64,000 bases of DNA from a plasmid. Location: the sequence record NZ_CP024426.1. One strand, given 5' to 3'. The number at the start of each line of letters is the position of its first letter. Positions within the stretch are counted from its first letter, which is position 1. The notes beneath the pieces are model-generated. The model did no database searches. It had not been told where the DNA came from and worked only from the letters and a program-made list of their open reading frames with translations. Shown in pieces: positions 57,417 through 64,000 of the stretch. The translations under genes were made by a program, and so were the position numbers.

Positions 57417-58169
57417 TCAGGGCGCCTCGATCCGGTCCAGAAGCTGCACGGACAGGCCGTGCGGCCCATCGGCCACCTGCGCCGTCACGCCAAAGCAGCG
57501 CGCCAGGTTTGCGGACGTCAGAACCTGGCGGGGCAGGCCGTCCGCCATGATCCGGCCCCGGTCCAGCAGCACCAGCCGCGTGCAGTGCCGCCCCGCCAGC
57601 CCCAGGTCGTGAAGCGAGGCAAGGACCGTCCTGCCCGCGTCCGCCAGGCCCCGGAACAGGCGCATGACGCCGATCTGCGCGGCAGGGTCCAGCCCGGCGG
57701 TGGGCTCGTCCGCGATCAGCAGGGGCGTTTCCTGCGCCAGCGCTCGGGCCAGCAGCACGCGCGTCTGTTCGCCCCCCGACAGCGCGGTGGCCGGGCGATG
57801 GCGCAGCGCGCCGATCGACAGCGCCTCCAGCGCACGGTCGACCGCCGCCCGATCCGCCGCCCCGGCGCTGCCCGGATGGGCGATGCGGCCCAGCGAGACC
57901 AGCGCCTCGACCGTCATCGGCCAGGCGATGTCACGCGACTGCGGCATGAAGGCGGCGGCGCGGGCCCGGTCGCGGGGCGGCAGCGTCGCCAGCGAACTGT
58001 GCCCGGTCGCCGGCAAAAGCCCCAGCGCGGCGCGCAGAAGCGTCGTCTTGCCCGCCCCGTTCGGGCCCAGCAGGCCGACGAATTCGCCCGGCCGCAGCAC
58101 CAGCCCGATGTCCTCGATCACCGCGCGGGGGCCGCGCCGGCAGGTCAGTCCCGACAGCACCAGCGTCAT
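57417..58169 (-). CDS. ABC transporter ATP-binding protein (FecE/BtuD-type, iron-siderophore/cobalamin family)
   Basis: Walker A GLLGPNGAGKTTLL and signature LSGGEQTRVLLARAL. Confidence 0.85.
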   Translation of the reverse strand: MTLVLSGLTCRRGPRAVIEDIGLVLRPGEFVGLLGPNGAGKTTLLRAALGLLPATGHSSLATLPPRDRARAAAFMPQSRDIAWPMTVEALVSLGRIAHPGSAGAADRAAVDRALEALSIGALRHRPATALSGGEQTRVLLARALAQETPLLIADEPTAGLDPAAQIGVMRLFRGLADAGRTVLASLHDLGLAGRHCTRLVLLDRGRIMADGLPRQVLTSANLARCFGVTAQVADGPHGLSVQLLDRIEAP

Positions 58170-59158
58170 GGCGCCCGCCCCCGGGTGGCCAGCACCAGAT
58201 GCAGGAAAAAGGGTGCCCCCACCAGCGCCGTCAGCACCCCAAGCTTGAGGTCGCGCCCCGGCAGGACCAGCCGCACCGCGATATCGGCGGCCAGCACCAT
58301 GGCCGCGCCCCCCAGGGCCGAGGCCGCCAGCAGCCGCCCCGGCCGCGCGCCGACGGCGCGGCGCAGCACATGCGGGACGACCAGGCCGACAAAGCCGATG
58401 GCTCCCGCCACCGCCGTCGCGCCCCCGACCAGCGCAGCGCTGCCCAGGACCAGGCGCAGCCGCAGCCGGCGCATGTCGATCCCCAGCGCGGCGGCCCCGT
58501 CCTCGCCCAGGGTCAGCGCGTCCAGGCCCCGGCCGCAGGGCAGGACCAGCGCCGCGCCCAGCCCGATCAGCGGCGCCGCGATCCAGACATGCAGCATCGA
58601 ACGGTCCGCCAGCGAGCCCATCATCCAGAACAGGATCTCGCTGACGGCAAAGGGATTCGGCGACAGGTTCAGCACCAGCGAGGTCGCGGCCCCCGCCAGC
58701 GCCGCAATGGCGATCCCCGCCAGGATCAGCGCCAGCGTGCCGCCGCGCGGCCCGGCCAGCACCAGCACCAGCCCGACCGACAGCATCGCGCCCGCCAGCG
58801 CCATCAGCGGCAGCGCCAGCGGAAAGGCGGCGGCGATCCCCAGGTGGATCGCCAGCACCGCCCCCAGCGCCGCCGAGGCCGAGGTGCCGATCAGCCCGGG
58901 CTCGGCCAGGGGGTTGCGCAACAGCCCCTGCATCGCCGCCCCCGACAGCCCCAGCGCCGCCCCGACCATCAGGCCAAGGGCGGCGCGGGGCAGCCGGATC
59001 TCGCGCAGGACCAGCCCCAGCATCGCGTCGCCCCGCCCGGTCAGGGCGGCGAACGAGGGGCCGATCCCCAGGGGACCGATCAGCAGCGAGGCCAGAAACA
59101 GCGCCGCAACCAGCCCGCCCAGGCCCGCCAGAAGCAGGGGATAGCCGCGCCCCGTCAT
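58166..59158 (-). CDS. FecCD/BtuC-family ABC permease
   Basis: About 9-TM FecCD-type permease, 330 aa from ATG 59158. Overlaps the ATPase start. Confidence 0.8.
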   Translation of the reverse strand: MTGRGYPLLLAGLGGLVAALFLASLLIGPLGIGPSFAALTGRGDAMLGLVLREIRLPRAALGLMVGAALGLSGAAMQGLLRNPLAEPGLIGTSASAALGAVLAIHLGIAAAFPLALPLMALAGAMLSVGLVLVLAGPRGGTLALILAGIAIAALAGAATSLVLNLSPNPFAVSEILFWMMGSLADRSMLHVWIAAPLIGLGAALVLPCGRGLDALTLGEDGAAALGIDMRRLRLRLVLGSAALVGGATAVAGAIGFVGLVVPHVLRRAVGARPGRLLAASALGGAAMVLAADIAVRLVLPGRDLKLGVLTALVGAPFFLHLVLATRGRAP

Positions 59159-59216
59159 GACCGGGCGGCGCGGCGACGGCAGCCCAGGCCGCGGGCGGGC
59201 GTGCAGGGCCCCCCGC

Positions 59217-61139
59217 CTACCATCGGGCCTGCAATCCGGCATAGGCGGTGCGGCCCTGCGTGGCATAGCCCCAGACCTCGGAGTAATCGCGGTCGAACAG
59301 GTTCACCACCCGGCCCGTCAGGCGGATGTTGTCGGTCAGGTCATAGCCGGCGGCAAGGTTCACCACGGTAAAGGACGGCATCTCGCGCGTCTGGTCGTTC
59401 CAGAACTGCGTGTCGAAATTGCCCGAGACATGGCGCAGGTCGGCGGTCAGCGATCCGCGCCCGTCCAGCACGGCCAGCGTGGCCGACAGGCCCAGTTCGT
59501 GCCGGGGCCGACGGATCTCGACCGCGCCATCGGGGTCCTTGGCGTCGAGGTAGGTATAGTTCAGCGCCAGGTCCAGGTTCCGGGTGGCATTGACGCGGGC
59601 GGCCAGTTCGACGCCTTCGCGCGGGCTTTCGCCGGGCTGGTTGACATAGGTGCCGCGCCAGTCCGGCGCCGTGCCGCCGACATAGGTGATCTCGTCCTCG
59701 AGCGTTTCGCGGAAATAGGTCAGATCGACGCTGCCGCGCCCGTCCGGCAGGGACAGTTCGACCCCCAGGTCGAAGCCGCGGTTCTTTTCGGGCCGCAGAT
59801 AGGGATTGCCCCGCGTATAGCCGTCATCGGCGTAAAGCTCGTAATAGGACGGGTTGACCAGCCCGGTCCCGGCCGAGGCGTGCAGCCGGAAGGGCCGGTC
59901 CGGCACCTGCCAGGACAGCGCCAGGGTCCAGCTGGTGAAATCGTCGAAGACGCGGTTGTCGTCGTGGCGAACGCCGGCCTGCAGGTTCAGTCCGTTGTCC
60001 AGGAAGCCGCGATATTCCAGCGCCAGCGAGGTCATCTCACGGCGATAATCCGGCGCGGCGGTGGAGCTGTCCTCCTGCCGCTCGGCCAGCAGGCCCAGGA
60101 TATGGGCCGCATCCTCGACCGGCCGGCCATCCAGTCCCAGGCTGCCCCGGTACTTCAGCTTGCGCGTCTTGCCGGTGGTCCAGCCGCCGCCTTCGTTGTT
60201 CTGCTTGAAGACCGAGTCCTGATAGTCCAGCCGATGGGTCAGCCGGCCGTCCAGGCTGGCGAATTCGGCCCATAGCGCGCCCTGGCGCTCGTCGCGCTTG
60301 CCAAACAGCGCGGGGTCGTCGTTCACATAGCCTTCGGGGCCGGTGACGGGGTTGCCCCCGGCATCGACATAGCCGCCGGTCAGAAAGTCGTAGGTGGCCA
60401 GCGCGTCGCTGTCGTACCGCTCCCACGACCGACGCAGGGTGGCGCCCAGGCGCAGCGCGTCGGTCGCCTGGACCCAACCCGAAAGGCCCAGCGTCTTGCG
60501 ATGGATGCCGTCCTTTTCGCCGCCGTCGCCCGACAGGTCGAAACCGTGGTCGTCGCGCGCCGACAGGTTCAGCGCCAGGCCGCCCCGCTCGCCGTTGCGG
60601 CTGACATGGGCCGAGGCGGCCGCGCCGTTGCCAAGCTCGACCCCGCCGCCGTAATGCAGGCCCGGCTCGCCCCCGCGGGTGATGATGTTGATGACCCCGG
60701 CCGAGGCGTTCGAGCCGTAATAGACCGACTGCGGGCCGCGCAGCACCTCGATGCGGTCGATGTTGGCGGTTTCCAGCCCGGTCAGGACGTATTCGTCGCC
60801 GCCGCCCGCCACTTCGATCCCGTCGATCAGGATCAGGCTGTGGCTGGCCTCGGCCCCGCGGATGCGGACCTGGGTGAAGCTTGTCCCCGCGCTCGAGACC
60901 GAGACGCCGGGCACGGCGCGCAGCGCGTCCTGGACGGTCGCGATGCCGCGGGCCTCGATCTCGGCGGCGGTCAGCACGGTCGCCGCGCGGCCATAGGCGT
61001 CGGCGGCCTGGGGCGCAAAGCCGGCCGACAGGATCACGGGGTCCAGCGTCACCGCGTCCTGCGCGGAACCGGCGGCGGGCAGCAGGGCGGCGGCCGACAG
61101 GGTGGCCAGCGCGATCAGCGGGGTTCGTTTGGGGTGCAT
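59217..61139 (-). CDS. TonB-dependent outer-membrane receptor (BtuB-like, downstream of a cobalamin riboswitch)
   Basis: Signal peptide, TonB box (DPVILSA), plug domain and C-terminal beta-barrel ending in aromatic W. Start at ATG 61139; the track start at 61145 is a TTG. Confidence 0.85.
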   Translation of the reverse strand: MHPKRTPLIALATLSAAALLPAAGSAQDAVTLDPVILSAGFAPQAADAYGRAATVLTAAEIEARGIATVQDALRAVPGVSVSSAGTSFTQVRIRGAEASHSLILIDGIEVAGGGDEYVLTGLETANIDRIEVLRGPQSVYYGSNASAGVINIITRGGEPGLHYGGGVELGNGAAASAHVSRNGERGGLALNLSARDDHGFDLSGDGGEKDGIHRKTLGLSGWVQATDALRLGATLRRSWERYDSDALATYDFLTGGYVDAGGNPVTGPEGYVNDDPALFGKRDERQGALWAEFASLDGRLTHRLDYQDSVFKQNNEGGGWTTGKTRKLKYRGSLGLDGRPVEDAAHILGLLAERQEDSSTAAPDYRREMTSLALEYRGFLDNGLNLQAGVRHDDNRVFDDFTSWTLALSWQVPDRPFRLHASAGTGLVNPSYYELYADDGYTRGNPYLRPEKNRGFDLGVELSLPDGRGSVDLTYFRETLEDEITYVGGTAPDWRGTYVNQPGESPREGVELAARVNATRNLDLALNYTYLDAKDPDGAVEIRRPRHELGLSATLAVLDGRGSLTADLRHVSGNFDTQFWNDQTREMPSFTVVNLAAGYDLTDNIRLTGRVVNLFDRDYSEVWGYATQGRTAYAGLQARW

Positions 61140-61319
61140 GTCCAAGGGCCTTCCGGGTGGCAGGCAGGGCCTGCCGGTTGCAGAAATGTCCTGGAACCGG
61201 GGACAGGCGGGCCCCCGCAGGACGGCTCCTCACCTCTGCGGATAGGCCGCTATCCGGGCGCGCCCCGCGGCCCGAAATGGGTGATCGCCTTGGCAGGTCT
61301 CCTGGCTTGCGGATCATCG

Positions 61320-61455
61320 CTCGGGCCGGCCTTCCCGGGACGGATCCCAGTGGCGTCGTCGGCCGTCGCTCTCCGCCCACAGTTGCGGGGGCAGCCCCGG
61401 ATTGGCCGCAGGCGGCCCGCCGGGTTCCCTTTTCATCCGGCCTTGCGGGCCGGAA
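61320..61455 (-). promoter_or_regulatory. cobalamin (AdoCbl) riboswitch
   Basis: The minus-strand RNA reads ...AAGGGAACCCGGCGGGCCGCCUGCGGCCAAUCCGGGGCUGCCCCCGCAACUGUGGGCGGAGAGCGACGGCCGACGACGCCACUGGGAUCCGUCCCGGGAAGGCCGG. This contains the conserved GGGAA / AAUCCGG / GCUGCCCCCGCAACUGU / GCCACUG (B12 box) / GGGAAGGC elements. Confidence 0.8.
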
Positions 61456-61556
61456 CCAAAGCGCGCACCTGTTCGCGCAACTGCCCCCGGCCTGTCAAGC
61501 GCCAAGCGCAAGCCCGGGGCGGGCGGTTGCGGGACCGGGGCGAAAAGGCCCCGGTG

Positions 61557-61811
61557 TCAGGGCTGGCGGGACAGCCGCTCGACCGCCTCGGCGGTGCGGC
61601 GGGTGTTGTTGTAGATGCCCAGGCCCAGATAGACCATGCCGCCCATCAGCAGCAGATAGATCGCGCCCATGATCCAGGCCAGAAGCCCCTGCAGGACGCC
61701 CCCCGTCGGGGACAGCATCACCGCGATGCCCCCGGCGAAGACGCCGATCGCGCCCAGGACGATCACCACATTGATGATCCGTTCCATCCACAAAATGAAG
61801 AAGTCGCGCAT
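61557..61811 (-). CDS. small membrane protein (DUF4282-like)
   Basis: MRDFFILWMERIINVVIVLGAIGVF... matches the DUF4282 N-terminal pattern. Two TM helices. The start is chosen from three in-frame ATGs. Confidence 0.45.
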   Translation of the reverse strand: MRDFFILWMERIINVVIVLGAIGVFAGGIAVMLSPTGGVLQGLLAWIMGAIYLLLMGGMVYLGLGIYNNTRRTAEAVERLSRQP

Positions 61812-61999
61812 GATCGCCCCCATGCCGTTGCCGGCCGATGCTGGCACGACCTTCGGCGGCGCGCAACCGCAGGATGCAGCCCCGGGCCGCCGTGCCCTGT
61901 CCCTTCACCGTTATGATGCATGGCATTCCTGGTCGAACTCCTGAATGGTGTGGTTCGGCGGCCAGGATGGCGCCGGACGCAAAGAAGGGGGAAACGGCC

Positions 62000-62770
62000 A
62001 TGTGGGAACAGATCAGGATCGGCGATCTCGACGGCAAGCGGGTGCTGGTGACGGGCGGCTCGACCGGGATCGGGGCGGCGGTGGCGGCGGCGCTGGCTGC
62101 GCAGGGCGCCCGCGTCGCGGTCCATTACAACGAAAGCGGCACGGCCGCGCAGGCGGTTCAGGCCCAGGCGCCCGGGCGCATCGTGCTGGTGCAGGGCGAC
62201 ATGGGCAGCGGCGGCACCGCGCAGCGCGTGGTCGATGAGGCGGCGGAGGCCCTGGGCGGGCTGGACGGGCTGATCAACAACGCGGGCGGCATGTTGGGCC
62301 GGGTGCCCACCACCGAAGCCACGCCCGAGCATTTCGACCGCGTGCTGGACCTGAACGCCAAGTCCGTCTGGCAGGCGACCGCGGCCGCCCACCCGCATCT
62401 GAAGGCGGCGGGTGGCGGCTTCGTCATCAACACGACCTCGGTCGCGGCGCGCAACGGCGGCGGAGGCGGCGCGGTGCTTTACGCCGCTGCCAAGGGCTTC
62501 GTCAGCACGCTGACGCGCGGCCAGGCCAAGGAATTCGTGGCCGACGGCATCCGGGTCAACGCCGTGGCGCCCGGCCTGATCCAGACCCCGTTCCACGACC
62601 GCTATACCTCGCCGCAGGCGATGGCCGCGCAGCGCGCCACCATCCCGATGGGCCGCGAAGGCACGGCCGAGGAATGCGTCGGCGCCTTCCTGTTCCTCGC
62701 CTCGGGGATCCTGTCGGGCTATGTCACCGGCCAGGTGATCGAGGTGAACGGCGGCCAATTGATGCCGTAA
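62000..62770 (+). CDS. short-chain dehydrogenase/reductase (SDR)
   Basis: TGGSTGIGAAVAAAL cofactor motif, NNAG, and a YAAAK catalytic dyad. GGGGG Shine-Dalgarno-like sequence. Confidence 0.85.
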   Translation: MWEQIRIGDLDGKRVLVTGGSTGIGAAVAAALAAQGARVAVHYNESGTAAQAVQAQAPGRIVLVQGDMGSGGTAQRVVDEAAEALGGLDGLINNAGGMLGRVPTTEATPEHFDRVLDLNAKSVWQATAAAHPHLKAAGGGFVINTTSVAARNGGGGGAVLYAAAKGFVSTLTRGQAKEFVADGIRVNAVAPGLIQTPFHDRYTSPQAMAAQRATIPMGREGTAEECVGAFLFLASGILSGYVTGQVIEVNGGQLMP

Positions 62771-62837
62771 GCCCACGGCGGCGCGCGCGTTTCATCCTGC
62801 CGCGTCGCGCCGCATGCGGGGAAACCGCCGTCCGCCT

Positions 62838-63878
62838 TCACGCCCCCGCCGCTGCCGCTGCCGGGGCGTGGCCGCGCCGGTATTCGGCGGGGCTTTGTCC
62901 CGACCAGCGGCGAAAGGCGCGGCTGAAGCTCGTTTCGTCGCGATAGCCCGCCAGATGGGCGATGCGCTTGATGGGCAGCGTCCCACGCACCAGCAGGCCC
63001 GCCGCCCGTTCAAGCCGGGCCCGGGTTTTCAGCGCGGCAAGCGACGTGCCTTCGTCGCGCAGGTGCCGCTGCAGGCTGCGCAGCGATATGCCCAGGGACG
63101 CCGCGATGGTCTCGGCGTCGGGCTGGGCGGCAGGGGGTGCCGACGCCAGCAGCGCCGTGATCCGGTGCGACAGCAGCCGGTCCTGGCGATAGACGCGCGC
63201 CATCAGCGGGATCGGCTGGCGCAGCAGCGTGCGCAGGTCGCGGTCGTCGCGCACGACGGGCAGCTCCAGATAGGCCGCATCCATGACCAGCCCCGCCGTA
63301 TCCGCGCCAAAGCGCACAGGCCCGGGAAACATCCGGCGCAGCGCCTCGGCCCAGGGCGGTGCGTCGAAGGGGAAATGCGCCTCGCGCAGGGGAATGCGGC
63401 TGTCGGCCAGCCAGCAGCCAACGCCGTGCAGGTTGCGCAGCAGGCTGACCAGGCAGAACCGTCGCAGGGGTCCCGGCGCGCGCGCCTCGGCCACGCGGAC
63501 CCGGGCGGCATCGCTGTCGCGGGCAAGGGTCAGGCGGACGTCCTCGGTCAGCAGGTTGTGGTGCCGGCACCAGCGCCCCAGCGCCACCCCCAGATCGGGC
63601 GACGGCAGCGACGCGCGCAGCACCATCCCGTAGCTGCCCCAAGGCAGGCGGCGCGAAAACCAGCCGAGCGCCTCGTCGTCGAGTTCGCGCATGGCGTGGG
63701 CGGACAGCGCCTCGAACCGCTCGAGCGCGACCAGCCCCTGCGGATCGGCCAGATCGACCGGGCCCAGCCCCGCCGCCGCCAGCGCAGGTCCCGCGTCCAT
63801 GCCCCGGTCCGCATAGGCGCGCAGGATCGCCTGGACAAAGGCGACCGGGGTCTGGCGGCGCGACAGCGACTTGCGCAT
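62838..63878 (-). CDS. AraC-family transcriptional regulator
   Basis: C-terminal AraC HTH (IKRIAHLAGYRDETSFSRAFRRWSGQSPAEYRR). AAGGA Shine-Dalgarno-like sequence before ATG 63878. Confidence 0.8.
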   Translation of the reverse strand: MRKSLSRRQTPVAFVQAILRAYADRGMDAGPALAAAGLGPVDLADPQGLVALERFEALSAHAMRELDDEALGWFSRRLPWGSYGMVLRASLPSPDLGVALGRWCRHHNLLTEDVRLTLARDSDAARVRVAEARAPGPLRRFCLVSLLRNLHGVGCWLADSRIPLREAHFPFDAPPWAEALRRMFPGPVRFGADTAGLVMDAAYLELPVVRDDRDLRTLLRQPIPLMARVYRQDRLLSHRITALLASAPPAAQPDAETIAASLGISLRSLQRHLRDEGTSLAALKTRARLERAAGLLVRGTLPIKRIAHLAGYRDETSFSRAFRRWSGQSPAEYRRGHAPAAAAAGA

Positions 63879-64000
63879 GAACGGGTCCTTTCGTGGCGCA
63901 TCCTGCACAGGATCTGGCGCCGAATGCAATCCGGCCGCCGCTAAGCTGCCCGTGGGGAGAGAGAGGGACAGCACGGCCGCCTTTGGCGGTCTGCCGGCCC

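Noticed and set aside
1-64000. tRNA/rRNA genes, IS elements, integrases or prophage remnants
   Set aside because: None of the ten intergenic regions longer than 100 bp shows cloverleaf-compatible GC-rich structure. No transposase- or integrase-like translations (DDE, tyrosine recombinase R..H..R..Y) were seen in any frame.

Overview
The window is high-GC (about 65-70%) alphaproteobacterial DNA. Several gene sets point to a Rhodobacteraceae or Paracoccus-like organism: MauB is near-identical in long stretches to Paracoccus denitrificans MauB, the carotenoid cluster is Pantoea/Paracoccus-type, and the ectoine genes are of the ehu/eut/doe kind. All calls are made by eye from the six-frame track plus motif recognition; no searches were run. 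The track reports maximal ORFs with alternative start codons, so many starts were moved to an internal ATG or GTG that has a Shine-Dalgarno-like sequence.

Contents from left to right:
1. Two divergent RTX-type Ca-binding repeat proteins (28-2259).
2. A MocR/GabR (EnuR-like) regulator followed by a 12-gene ectoine/hydroxyectoine uptake and catabolism operon, ehuABCD-eutABC-doeAB(eutDE)-doeC-doeD (2385-14556). The genes are chained by ATGA overlaps, and eutB is broken by a -1 frameshift in a poly-G tract.
3. A quinone-oxidoreductase-like MDR protein, a divergent XRE-cupin regulator, and a dimethylglycine-dehydrogenase-family flavoprotein (14570-18857).
4. nadABC on the minus strand (18870-22308), then a 518-bp structured intergenic region and an animal-type heme peroxidase (22827-24623).
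5. A nucleotidyltransferase-fold gene and a solo LuxR (24657-26540), next to an uncharacterised glycan cluster (26617-32637). That cluster holds an unknown protein, a P-loop sulfotransferase, another unknown protein and an 884-aa GT2+GT4 fusion.
6. A small lipoprotein (32740-33156) precedes the cluster. A complete methylamine-utilisation cluster, mauR-like LysR plus mauFBEDACJGMN, follows (33263-42397).
7. Two small charged proteins (42454-42882), idi (type 2 IPP isomerase, 42873-43955), crtE-crtZ, and a convergent crtX-crtY-crtI-crtB operon (44028-50302). There is no crtW, which implies a zeaxanthin-glucoside pathway.
8. A DUF1236 secreted protein (50435-50911), then a 1968-aa DUF4011/SF1-helicase/REase-like/DUF3320 protein with a tandem PDL-repeat linker (51209-57115), and a convergent WGR-domain gene (57087-57377).
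9. A B12-type uptake locus on the minus strand: ABC ATPase, permease and TonB-dependent receptor, with a clear cobalamin riboswitch upstream (57417-61455).
10. A DUF4282 membrane peptide, an SDR and an AraC regulator (61557-63878).

No tRNA or rRNA genes, CRISPR arrays or transposases were seen. The best candidates for undescribed biology are the LuxR-adjacent sulfotransferase/glycosyltransferase cluster and the giant helicase-nuclease/WGR pair.
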